DNA of 63,747 nt, filler included, from Octopus bimaculoides (lineage: Eukaryota), in the NCBI RefSeq assembly GCF_001194135.2. It is 8 parts of 7 records of this genome, joined end to end, with 100 filler letters (N's around TTAATTAATTAA, not from the genome) between each part and the next. Parts side by side here need not be neighbours in the genome. Positions count along the whole stretch, not along the records: positions 17,793 to 39,194 come from NC_068994.1; 7 more parts are not named here. One strand, written 5' to 3'. The notes below the pieces were generated by a model. That model ran no database searches, was not told the DNA's origin, and saw nothing but the letters and a program-made list of their open reading frames with translations. Position 1 is the first letter of the stretch; the number at the start of each line of letters is the position of its first letter. Shown here in pieces: positions 23,587 to 35,395 of the stretch. A program made the position numbers and the translations under genes.

Positions 23587-24894
23587 ATGGATTGCCATAA
23601 GTCTGTCAACAGCAACAACATATGTCACAAGCCACAGATTTGTCTGCAAGGACAAACTATACTACCAGTGATGACTGTTACCCCGAATGTTACCCATGGA
23701 AACTGTTTTATACAACACCAACAACATCAGCAACAACAATGTCAGCAACAGCAATGTCAGCAGCAACATCAGCAACAACATCAACACCAGCAGCAACATC
23801 AACAGCAGCAACAGCAACAACAACAACAACACCAGCAGCAGCATCAACATCAGCAACAACAACAACAACCACCCCGTATCATGCATACAGATGTTAAAAT
23901 GTTTAATCAAATTATCAATTGTGATGGCAGTTTGTCCACCAGTTCTCAGAATGCACAGAGCAGCAATCAAGAGACTTGTTGCAGGAGCTGCTCTTGTTCT
24001 AGCTCTGTCTGCAACATAGACAATTGCACTGAGGTGAGCAATTGCAGTAGCAGTTGTAGCAGTATGATGGGTTGCACTGAAGCTTGCTCTGAAGGCAACA
24101 AAATGCTTCCTGTTGAAGACAGCGATGCCAACAAACGATTCCAGTGTGATTTCTGCAGCAAAAAATTCACTCGCCGTGACACTCTACAAATCCATCGTAG
24201 GGTACACACTGGGGAAAGGCCATTCAAGTGTGATGTTTGCCCAAAGTCATTTGCACAACGTGACAAACTTCAAATCCATAGGCGTATACATACAGGAGAG
24301 AAGCCGTACCAATGTAGCTTTTGCCCCAAAAATTTTGCTCGACGTGACACATTGAAGATTCACCTGCGGACCCACACTGGAGAGCGACCATTTTATTGCG
24401 TAGTTTGTGAAAAGAGTTTTGCACAAAGGGACCAGCTGCACATTCACAAACGCACTCACACTGGAGAAAAGCCTTTCCAATGTGATATATGCATCCAACG
24501 GTTTGCTCGACGAGACACATTGCAGATTCATCGGCGAATCCACACAGGCGAGAAACCATTTGGCTGTGAAGTTTGTGGCAAGGTCTTTGCTCAAACAGGA
24601 AAACTTCAGCGGCACAAGCGAACTCATAAGCAGCAAGAAATGGAGAAAGTCAGCTTCCCTTCCACTCTACCTGTAATGCAGGTTTGTAATGCAGTGTGCC
24701 CAGATGTGAAGGTGGAAGAGACAGAGTGTGCAACAGAAGCCACCGGTTATGGAAAAGAGGATACCTTGCAAATGGCAGCTGCTCAGAACACTAATAAAGA
24801 ATATGAAAATAAAGAATATATTTCAAAGGAATATTCAACTGTAAACAGCAATTTGTGGCAGTCACTCACTTCAACAATCATTGTACCATCTTGA
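23587..24894 (+). CDS. C2H2 zinc-finger protein (435 aa) with polyQ/H tract, Cys/Ser-rich segment and six tandem fingers
   Basis: Uninterrupted ORF from ATG 23587 (in-frame TTG at 23548) to TGA 24892-24894; six CxxC-x12-H-x3-H fingers at 24139-24627 joined by TGE(K/R)P linkers. Confidence 0.93.
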   Translation: MDCHKSVNSNNICHKPQICLQGQTILPVMTVTPNVTHGNCFIQHQQHQQQQCQQQQCQQQHQQQHQHQQQHQQQQQQQQQQHQQQHQHQQQQQQPPRIMHTDVKMFNQIINCDGSLSTSSQNAQSSNQETCCRSCSCSSSVCNIDNCTEVSNCSSSCSSMMGCTEACSEGNKMLPVEDSDANKRFQCDFCSKKFTRRDTLQIHRRVHTGERPFKCDVCPKSFAQRDKLQIHRRIHTGEKPYQCSFCPKNFARRDTLKIHLRTHTGERPFYCVVCEKSFAQRDQLHIHKRTHTGEKPFQCDICIQRFARRDTLQIHRRIHTGEKPFGCEVCGKVFAQTGKLQRHKRTHKQQEMEKVSFPSTLPVMQVCNAVCPDVKVEETECATEATGYGKEDTLQMAAAQNTNKEYENKEYISKEYSTVNSNLWQSLTSTIIVPS

Positions 24895-25705
24895 AAAAAA
24901 CTTTAGAGATGGTTTTGCTGAAATAATGGTACTGTTACTACTATTAATACTGGTACTGTTTGTTACTACTACTAATACTGGTGATGGGATTAGAAATTTG
25001 ATGATGGTGGCAGCAGTGGAGAAACTGTTTTTTGTTACCTGTTTATAAATGCTTTTTTGTTTGTTTTTTGGAGGCGGAGGTGTTTTATTTTTTTTATGAA
25101 AAATGTAATTTTTACATTCTGTTTTCAATTTTTAAAATGTATTTTATATAATCTTAGGAGTTACAAGAAAAAAATTACAAATTTCAAAAGACAAAAAATT
25201 GTTTAAAAAATTTGTTCAGCAAGTTTATTGTGGAAATTCAAGTAAGAACGAAAGAGCAACAGCTGGCTAATTTGACAGGGTAACAATCTACAAAACTTAC
25301 AGATTCGATTGATTTTTTTTTCAGTTACTATTGCTCTGTCATCTGTCTCATAAAAATTGCTTATTTCTCAATGGCTCAGTCCACATAACAGATACAATGA
25401 GGAAGTTACACTTCATAGCTATAAGCAATGTGAGCGTTATTGAAGTGATGAGTGTATTGTTATCTCGTGGAGTTAAGCTCAAATCCTCCTCATAGGCTTA
25501 GAGAAAAGACTACAGAAAACAGAACTCCACCACCTCCAGGTATTCATTTTTGATTCACAATATATGGTATCCTAGAGATCTGTTGTGAAACATTTACAGA
25601 AAGCAATGGATTATATTATTGAACGAATGGGAATTTTTTTTTTTCTAAATATAAATCAATACATTTTTTTAGATTCTGAATGAAGTTATTATTCTTTCAT
25701 TTCTA

Positions 25706-25746
<41 letters not shown>

Positions 25747-26755
25747 CAGATAATTCCTGATATTTTATGATAGTCATAAAACTAGAGAATGAAATTATCA
25801 CTAAGATCCTTCAACTATTATTTCCTTTACTTGTTTCTGCCAAAATATTTTGTGTTTCTCTCATATTGTCCAGAAAAAGCCTCAACACATGCAAACATGC
25901 ACACACAAAAGTTCCATGCAAGTGATGATTTTCTTCTTTTTTTTTTGTTTAAATTAGTATGGGTCCAAATTTATAAAGCAGACAATATAATTTACTATGG
26001 AAAAAAAATATGAAAGACAAAAGTATAAGAAAAAAGGGTTTAGATTACAGAAATATATTCTGCAGCGTCCTATAGTAATGTTTCTGCATTTAACCTTAGT
26101 TAGTTAGTGGAACTTTACGGGTAACAAATTTTGTAGCATGTGTTTGCCAGTGCTGGATGAATGAAAGGTGGCATTGGCACAAGTGGAATTTGAACTCAGA
26201 ATCTAGTGGGCGAGAACAAAATGATGTATTGTAATGGTGTACTGTCTTGACCAGTAAACCATTAAAATACAGCTCTGTATTATGTAACTTAGTATTGAGC
26301 CAGTATATATATACAATAGTGACTACTATGTGTGTATGGACACTTATGTCCATTCAGTTGTATGAAGTAAAGAACCAAAACTGATTAGACATATATATTT
26401 TGATCCACTATCTATACAGTTCTTCAACACTATTTATGCCATATTTTTTGCAATATTTATAAAAGCAAACACATATTTGTGTGTGTGTGTATCTATGTAT
26501 GTACGTATGAATATATCTATTTATCTGTATGTATATGTGTGTATATGTAATAAGAACAGACAAATAGGTTTGCAGTGTTGCTACAATTGTTTCATTAGGA
26601 GTTTTTATTTTGACATAGGCTTAATACAATTATATTATGCAATACATTGCTTCACTGTCTGCTCTGTGTAATTCTGTTTAGCCTATTAGTAGCATGCTTC
26701 ACATTGATATGCCTCGATCTTTTATAGATCCATTTTAATTGAATTATATATATAT

Positions 26756-27345
26756 AGGCACAGGAATGACTGTGTGGTAAGAAGCTTGCTTCCCAACTAC
26801 ATGGTTCCAGGTTCAGTCCCACTGCATAGTACCTTGGGCAAGTGTCTTCTACTATAGGCACTGTGCCAACAACCTTGTAAGTGGATATGGTAGATGAAAA
26901 CTGAAAGAAGCCTGTTGTATATCATCATCATCATCGTTTAACGTCTGCTTTCCATGCTAACCACTCCGAGAGTGTAGTGGGTGCTTTTAAGTGCCGCCAG
27001 CATGAGGGCCAGTCTGGCGGTACTGGCAACGGCCACGCTCAAATGGTGTTTTTACGTGCCACCTGCACAGGAATCAGTCCAGCAGCGCTGGCAACAACAT
27101 ATATATATATATATATATTTATATATGTATGTATTTGTGTGTCTGTGTTTGTCCCCCACCACCACCATCACTTGATAACTGATGTTGGTGTGTTTACATC
27201 TCCATAACTTAGCAGTGCAGCAAAAGAGACCAATAGAATAAGTACTAGGCTTACAGAGAACAAGTCCTGGGGTCAATTTGTTTGACTAAAGGCAGTGCTC
27301 CAACATGGCCACAGTCAAATGACTGAAACAAGTAAAAGGATAAAA
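26756..27345 (+). mobile_element. SINE family A (CpG-decayed) interrupted by a family C SINE
   Basis: Head, core and AAAAG tail present; a reverse family C fragment sits in its internal microsatellite at about 26921-27097. Confidence 0.8.
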
Positions 27346-27425
27346 GAAAGAATATATATAAGTTTGACTCAGTTTTACATGACTTGAGGTTTCTCTCTTC
27401 TTAAAGCATCTCTAATCCTGATTAT

Positions 27426-27469
27426 CTGATGAGTGGCACACATGTGCTCATGAAACTTTAAATAATGTC
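27426..27469 (+). ncRNA. Hammerhead core-like motif lacking a local stem I
   Basis: CUGAUGA, about 7-bp stem II (gtggcac/gtgctcat), GAAA-C(10 nt)GUC. Confidence 0.3.
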
Positions 27470-27882
27470 GAGCTGAGTTAAACTATTATTAAAAATATAT
27501 GTCACTCCTATCAAATGTGGAGTTACTTTATATATTTTTAAGGAGCTACTTTCTTTCCTTTGTTCACTCATTCATATCACACACACTCACACACACACAT
27601 ACACAAACTGTATGTTGTTGAAAGGTACACACAGGCTGTAGATGGGTATTGTTTCTTTTTTCTTGCATATTTTTTTCTTGATCTGTTTTGACAACTGGTT
27701 CACCCAAAACATCAGTATTCTTTCTTTTCTCAGCATACTGTGTTCTCTGTCACAACTTTCTATGCTAATTTTCTCTGTTTATATTTTATCCATCACCTTT
27801 TGAATTTTTGTCTACCTGCTGTAACTTCTCACACTGTCCAACTGTCCATCTCTTAATCCCCTTGTGCCAACTGTGCTATTTT

Positions 27883-27948
<66 letters not shown>

Positions 27949-28774
27949 NNNNNNNNNNNNNNNNNNNNNNNNNNNNNNNNNNNNNNNNNNNNNNNNNNNN
28001 NNNNNNNNNNNNNNNNNNNNNNNNNNNNNNNNNNNNNNNNNNNNNNNNNNNNNNNNNNNNNNNNNNNNNNNNNNNNNNNNNNNNNNNNNNNNNNNNNNNN
28101 NNNNNNNNNNNNNNNNNNNNNNNNNNNNNNNNNNNNNNNNNNNNNNNNNNNNNNNNNNNNNNNNNNNNNNNNNNNNNNNNNNNNNNNNNNNNNNNNNNNN
28201 NNNNNNNNNNNNNNNNNNNNNNNNNNNNNNNNNNNNNNNNNNNNNNNNNNNNNNNNNNNNNNNNNNNNNNNNNNNNNNNNNNNNNNNNNNNNNNNNNNNN
28301 NNNNNNNNNNNNNNNNNNNNNNNNNNNNNNNNNNNNNNNNNNNNNNNNNNNNNNNNNNNNNGTATAAACTCTGCCAAATCAGATTGGAGCCTGGTGTAGC
28401 CATCTAGTTTCACCAGTCCTCAGTCAAATCGTCCACACACATATTCATTTGAACATAAGGTGTATCCTTACATACTTTATAGTAAAAACTGCAAACTGTA
28501 AGTTTAACATTGTCATAAATTTCAGCACAGCCTGTTTCCATACTGCTGCTATATCAATCTTTGGGTCTTTTACACAATTATTGTATCAAGCAAAGTAAAC
28601 AAGCTCATTAGATTATTTCAATAAGAATTTCAAAATACATTTATTTATCTATTTTTAGCATTCTATCCCCTTCTTTCGTCAACAGGTAAGGGTTTTGATG
28701 TGTGAAATCCTTACCAAGTTCTCTCACAAACTGTCAGAGTTGAAAACAGTTATAGCTACTGCTACAGTTTTAAC

Positions 28775-28807
<33 letters not shown>

Positions 28808-29936
28808 TATCATCATCATCACCATTATTTAACTATATATTTATATTTACATATAGTGGGAACCATCAGTATTCTAGCAGCATACTAAAATATGAAGCGT
28901 TGCTACAAATAATAATTGCTGGAGCAATAACAGATATATCTAATGGTTCATAATTTTGTCTCATGTTATATATTTCACATCATCTAGGATATTATATTGT
29001 CCCCTGACGCTATCATAGACAGCAGGCATACAACTGTACTGGCTAACATAGTTGTCTCTTTATTCCAAATCTATTTGTTAAATACACTCACATTCTCTCT
29101 CTCTCTCTCTCTCTCTCCACCCCTATCTCTCTCCACCCCTATCTCTCTCATACACACACACATACACACACACACATACACACACACACATACACACACA
29201 CACTCATGCACACTTACACTCATGCACACTTTTACACATGCACTCATGCATACATTCGCACACATGCCCTTACATATGCACTCACTCACTCATGCACTTA
29301 CTCATTTTATCTCACCTCCCTCTTTCTCCCTCTCTCTCTTTCACTCACTTATGTTTGGGTGTGGAAGTGGAGAATAACTTTTTCTTGTGTATGGGGATAA
29401 CCAACCCCTCCCTTGTTAGCTAAGAATATCATTTAGCTAATGGGTGGACAGGGTGGGGTGTACCCAACATGTGCTTAGTTTAACACAGAATGAGCTGTTA
29501 CACCACATACTTAGTAAATGGCAATCATATGCAGACCATAATCAAAGCCTGAGTCTAAGACTCATTCGCAGAGTTGTCTGAAATCATTGATAAATCCCAG
29601 TTTGAAGCTGAATCTGTATATGGAGTTTTCAGTCCTACACAAAGGTGAACTCACTGTGCAAGTTCAGAATCAATTTGTTAATTCCACAGGTTCATCACTG
29701 TCTGTTGTTGCATGTTGTTTGTTCTTACTGTGTACTATTTAATTATGGGCTAAGTAGACTGTGCCATTTCATAGTCTCTTAGGCCAAGGACAAAATGCAC
29801 TGCCATTGAGAGAGTGTGAAGTGGCAAACTCTTGGCTGGTTATTTGCCACTCTGTTGATTTGACCAGCTATGGCTTATGTGTATGTAATGTATGTTGCTT
29901 GCTCATGTGAATTTGTGTACATATATACATATATCT

Positions 29937-30175
29937 CATCATCATCATCATCATAATTCAGTGTCCATTTTTCCATTCATGCCTGGGTTAGATGGAATTT
30001 GTTGAGACAGATTTTCTACTGCTGGATGCTGTTCTGGTCACAACCCTCACCTTTTTCCAAGCAAAGTAATATTTTACCCATGATTAGATATGTTTTTTCA
30101 ATGAAAACTGGAAATGGACAGCCTCGCTTGTATGATGAGGATGCTCATTTACAACCAACTTGTGATGTCTAGACA
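29937..30175 (-). mobile_element. SINE family C ((GAT)n tail), degraded
   Basis: (cat)n followed by ttccattcatgcctgggttagatgg...gctggatgct; related to 30505-30712. Confidence 0.6.
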
Positions 30176-30189
30176 ATAATATATGCATG

Positions 30190-30362
30190 TACACACACGC
30201 ACACACATCGATCCTCTTTCAGTTTTTGTCTATCAAACCTACTCACAAGGCTTTGGTCAGCCAGGTGTTATGATAGAAGGCACTAAGCCACGATACCTCT
30301 CATTGGGACTGAACCAAGAACCATATGGTCAGAAAGTAAGCTTCTTAACCACACACAGCGAC
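30190..30362 (-). mobile_element. SINE family A, 5' half
   Basis: tttcagtttttgtctatcaaacctactcacaaggctttggtc...gggactgaacc...agcttcttaaccacacagc. Confidence 0.7.
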
Positions 30363-30504
30363 ACACATATTTTCATATTTATCAACATGATCCAGTTTTG
30401 TATTCAAAGTTCCATTGAAATATAGTACCTTTATTAAGACCTGGCACCAGTTGCTCACAACCTCTGTAATCTCTATGGGGCTGAACAAACATGTGGGTGT
30501 TTCT

Positions 30505-30712
30505 ATATATAATGTGTACATAACAGCATCCATGCTGGTGACACATAAAAGGCACCCACTACACTCTCAGAGTGGTTGGCGTAGGAAGGGCATCCAGCTG
30601 TAAAAACTAAGCCAAAGTCAGACTGGATCCTGGTGCAGCTCTCTGACTTACTAGTTCCAATCAAACCATCTAACCCATGCCGGCATGGAAATCAGACGTT
30701 AAATGATGATGG
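30505..30712 (+). mobile_element. SINE family C
   Basis: cacccactacactctcagagtggttggcgtaggaagggcatccagctgtaaaaac...acccatgccggcatggaaatcagacgttaaatgatgatg; central motif resembles the Meta-SINE domain (recalled, unverified). Confidence 0.75.
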
Positions 30713-31779
30713 TGAGGATGAGTTTCTCTAACAAAAGTAGGAGTACTCAGTACATTGTGTGGAGTGAATATATTATTGTATAGTAGATGGATATTGCATT
30801 GTCTCTTTGAATGTTTTAAGAGGCAGCTAAAAGAGTGACAACAGGAATGAGATCTGGCTGTAAAACACTGCCCCCAATAGTGAACCTTGATACTGTCATA
30901 GGGCCCACTTTAGCAGGGAAAATGGCCTCAAAACGTTTGCTGTTGTTGTTGGTGTGTTAGCAGATAAATATTTCTTGTTTTTAATGTCTTTAAGTTGCTT
31001 GCTAAACAGAGCATTCTGATAACTTGCTCTATTTAGCACGAAACTTAGATATGGGAAAATAATATTTGCTTACTATATTTTAATACACATCCACACACAT
31101 GCGTACATACATATAAACACGCATGTGTGCATGTGCACACCCACCCACTAATAAACACACATAAACACACTAAGAAACACACATTTGTTTATGTGTATTG
31201 GAAGGTATGTTTATTTGAAGAAACACCTCTTACCGTCTGTGTTTACTCTCCCTCTTCAAGCACTATGTCTGTTATTACAACTTCATTCTTGAGATCATTC
31301 TCAATAACACCTGTACCAACCAACATGGGCTTCTCATAGTTTCCTTCCATATCTAAGGAACTTCTTAAATAAAGTGCTTGCTGTTGTTATGTTACTCTAC
31401 CAAAGTGCCTTTCATTCTGTTCCTTATCCAGAGATTTCAATACTCTGATGAAGATTGTAATTAAAAAAATGATGTAAATGTTTCCTTCATTTTAAGAGCT
31501 GGTTCTTAGCTCCATTTAAAACCGTTGTGTGGATAAATGGTAAATCTCAAATTGAGATGATACCAATCTAGCTCAGGTAACATTCCCAGACAATCTAGTA
31601 CCCACTCCCAGCAGTTATACATAAAATTGAGTGTGCAGTTTTAATTTGCAATTAAAATATCTACTGCAATTTGAAATGAAGATCTATGAGATGAGAGTCC
31701 AATACCAAATCCATTACTTGCTTCTTGCTTGATGGAGTTGGGATCATCCCTGGTTAGTGGTCCCAGAGATATCATCATG

Positions 31780-31960
31780 CATAGAGCTGACCATGTTTAT
31801 CAGTGCTGTCTATTGCTGGTGGCCCTGTGCCAGCCCCTCTGCATCCTCCAAAGTGACATTGAGCCTCTGGAGATCTTCCCTAACCATGTCTAGACATCTT
31901 CCCACCCTTAGCTGCTACGTTGAATGAGAGTAAAGCCCTGGTAGGATGATCTAGGGAGAG
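31780..31960 (-). mobile_element. RTE-like LINE 3' fragment
   Basis: Minus strand reads LDMVREDLQRLNVTLEDAEGLAQ, like the RTE C-terminal RWxDxVxxDL...AQDRxxW region. Confidence 0.45.
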
Positions 31961-32039
31961 ACAGAGGACATAAAACCACTCCTTCAATACTTCATCCCTT
32001 CGGTTGAGGGGTTTTGTCTTGTGAGTTACTTTTTGACCT

Positions 32040-32450
32040 CACTTGTACATAAAAATCACCCAATACACTGTGATGTGGCTGGTGCTAAGAAAGGGTGTCC
32101 AGCTGCAGAGACCATGCATATGCAAACATAGGAGCTTGCTACAGTCCTCTGGTTTGTTAGCTCTTATCAAACCATTCAATCCATGCTGGCAAGCAAAACA
32201 GACATTAACCCTTTCATTACCAACCCGGCTGAAACTGGCTCTGGCTCTGAGTGCAAATGTCTTGTTTTCATATGTTTTGAATTAAAATCTTCCACCAAAC
32301 CTTAGTCACAATTTATGTTCCTAACATTAACTGAATGATATCTAAGTTATTTTACTAAATTCTGAGTTGTATTTAAAGTAATTGAAAGAAACACAAAGCA
32401 TCTCAAAATAATTACAGTAACAAAAGGGTTAAACAATAATGATGATGATG
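32040..32450 (+). mobile_element. SINE family C carrying a MITE inserted in its tail
   Basis: ggtgctaagaaagggtgtccagctgcag...aaaacagacattaa[MITE]acaataatgatgatgatg. Confidence 0.65.
32209..32428. mobile_element. piggyBac-type MITE (220 bp)
   Basis: TTAA|ccctttcattac ... gtaacaaaaggg|TTAA. Confidence 0.75.
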
Positions 32451-33609
32451 ATGATCGTAGTGGTGGTGGTGGTGGCAGCAGCGGCAGTGGTGGTGATGAT
32501 GATGATGATGAAAGGCCAGGTGTTATTGTGACACCTGGACCTACATATGCTCATTACTACATAAATCCAAATTAAATTTCTCGGTCTGACCATTCATATA
32601 AAATCATACTTTAAACTATATCAGTGATGTGTCTTAGTAAGAGTAAGTCAGAAGCCAGTTTTGTTTTAATGTTATTTATTAAACCTGCATGAATGACAAA
32701 GTAAAATTTGTCAATTTAAAGAGTTTTTAACTTGTTATATTCAATTAACCCATTGTACTCAGAATCTGTTCTTTATATTCCAGTGAACAAACCTCATTTT
32801 AATTCATTCCTTACAAAGCCTAACTTCAAGTTTTATTACATGGAAAAGTTAATTAAAGGAAGGTCTGGAGCTAATCAACAGTGATTATTACCTGGAATGA
32901 ATGTAGTTGAACTGAAATTCATAAACTCAATCTTCAGTGACACTGCCCTGTTGATGCTTTCTTTAGACAATACAAGTCCTATATTTCCAGGGTCAATTTT
33001 GAGGCATATTTAATTAGATGGTACCTAGTGTGTTGTTTCATCAGTTCTGTAGGAATCATAAGCAAAGTCAACCCTGGTGATATTTGTATATAGATTTATG
33101 AAATTGAATACTACTGGATCAAAAATTAAATGTATAGTTTATTGAAGGACAGCCAGGAGGGGCATCCAGTCATAGAATCCATAACAAAGCAGATATTGGT
33201 GCTTGGCACAGTCCTGTAGCTCACCAGCTTCTGTTAAACCATCCAACCCATGAGAGCATGGAAAACAGATGGTAAATGGTGATGATACTGTAAACATCAA
33301 TTAACTTGAACCTAAAAAAGTTTAACCCTTTTGTTACCAATCTGCCTCAATGTGTTTAGTCTGACCTCCATCCTTTGATCAGTATAGGAGGTCCTACCAG
33401 GAGCTTATGCTCTGCTGACATATCTCTCAGAGTCAAAAAAGACTAAGCATTGTTAATGGTGGTGGGGGGTCAACCTTACCTTTTGTCTTTTTCAAGATCA
33501 ATAACAAAGTACTAATCAAGTACTGGTGTTGATTTAACTGACTAAAATCTTGCCCACAAATTTATAGCCATGGGCCATTGTTAGATACCGTCATTGTTAT
33601 TGAATTGGA

Positions 33610-34214
33610 GTGCCAGATGGCAGAATTGGTAGAGTACCAGACTTAAATAACTTGAAATATTTTAGTTACATTATTCAACATACTGAGTTCAATCCCACTG
33701 AGGGTGGCGGGCAACTTTTCTATCTTTCATCTTTGTAAGGTTGATAAAATATTTATCAGTCAAGTACAAAATGACTTCATTGCAAAAAAGAAACAAGTGT
33801 GTGGCTTTGTGCCTATGTAAAGACTATTATTATTATTATTGTTATTGTTATTGTTGTCGTTGTTATCAATATTATTATTATTAAGGCAGAAAACTGGTTG
33901 AATTAAGGTGAAAAGCATGTCAGATAAAATGCTTAGCAGCATTTATTCTTGCTTCTTAAATTGTGAGTTCAAATACCACCAAGGTTGACTTTACTTTTCA
34001 TCCTTTGAGGGTTGATAAATAAGTACCACCTGTCAAGTACTGGGGTTAATGTAATCAATTAATGTCCCCACCCCAAATTTCAGGTCGTGTGTTTATAATA
34101 GAAAAGATTATTATTATTATTGTTTTATTTTACTTCTCAGAGCTCTCAATCTTACTCTAGTTAATTCTGTGAGAATGAACAACAACCTGAAGCCTCTACT
34201 ACTACTACTACTAC

Positions 34215-34273
<59 letters not shown>

Positions 34274-34490
34274 TGGTGAGCTGGTGGGATTGTTAGAGCA
34301 ATATGTCTTCCAACTCATTATGTTCTAAATTCAAAATTTTGCCAAGATCAGCTTTGCCTTTCATCCTCTTAAAGTCAATAAAATAAGTACCTGTTGACCC
34401 TGGGGTGGGAGGTGGGGGAACAACATAATTGATTAATTCTCTCCATCAAAAATTTCAGGCCTTGCGCTTATAGTTGAAAGAATTATTATC
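33610..34490 (+). mobile_element. Three head-to-tail SINE family B copies joined by (ATT)n/(TAA)n
   Basis: Copies at about 33610-33760, 33883-34110 and 34272-34490, the last two preceded directly by (TTA)n or (TAA)n. Confidence 0.75.
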
Positions 34491-34699
34491 GTTATTATTG
34501 TTGTTGTTGAACACAGCAACTTTGCTGTGGAATGTAACTAAGTGTCATCTGTCCCCAACCAGTGGATTAAGGTAACACCCTTCATCCAGATTTCAAGAAC
34601 ATGAAGGATTCATGCAGTTCCAAGTAATACTGTTTTCTTCACATTTACCATTGTCCTCTCAGTTCAACTTGTAAGCTTGGTACTTGTAGTTCCCAAAGC

Positions 34700-35310
34700 T
34701 CCAACAACAGGTATAACACTCACTTTCTTCAATGATCATGAGGTAGTTGAAGGTATGAGTGATGGTGGCCTAGCATTGACTCTGGGCATCTACAAGAACC
34801 GTCTGAGCGGTCTCTTTTGGATCAAGGACCATGAACAGTTTCCAAAAGTCTTTAGCATGGCAGTGCTATGGGGGAGGGTGGGGCATTGCCTGTTTGAATC
34901 AAGCTCTTCAAGAATGGAAGTGCCAACAGCTGAATCTGAGATGCATGCTGGGTGACGAAACCATCCTGCAAGCAATTGTTCAGTATCTGTGCATTTGAGG
35001 CTTGTGGACTTGTGTTGAGCAGCTTCTGTCTGGAGTAAGATGAATTCAGCTGTCCATCTAGTGTATAATGAAGATTGATGCATTACCTCCCTTTCACAGA
35101 GAAGGGAGGCAGAGCTCTCTCTACTTAGTGGCTGTGGCATAAGGGTCTGTGTGGTGAACTCATCTGAATGGTTTGAAGGCAGGCACTTTCCTATATGGCC
35201 AAGCTCTCATCAATTTCTTCAAATATCATTTGAAGAGGAAGGCGATGATAGAGAAAGAGCTGCTGTCTTCTAGTGTGTTTATCAAAAGAGGCCTTTGTGG
35301 TCAATAAAAG
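34700..35310 (+). mobile_element. Tx1/L1-clade LINE ORF2 C-terminal remnant
   Basis: FQKSLAWQCY...DETILQAIVQ...VEQLLS and GTFLYGQALINFFKYHLKRK align by eye with FQTSLAWHCY...EAVLHALIQ...VEQLLS and DTFLFGRALIECFKFHLEKK of the 58-60 kb element. Confidence 0.65.
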
Positions 35311-35313
35311 AAA

Positions 35314-35394
<81 letters not shown>

Positions 35395-35395
<1 letters not shown>

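Noticed and set aside
29820-29851. 9-bp hairpin agtggcaaa/tttgccact
   Set aside because: Too short to exceed chance in 64 kb.
31234-31444. Minus-strand segment bounded by catcag| and |gtaaga
   Set aside because: All three frames contain stops and it resembles neither cadherin nor CLIP1; a non-coding exon cannot be excluded.
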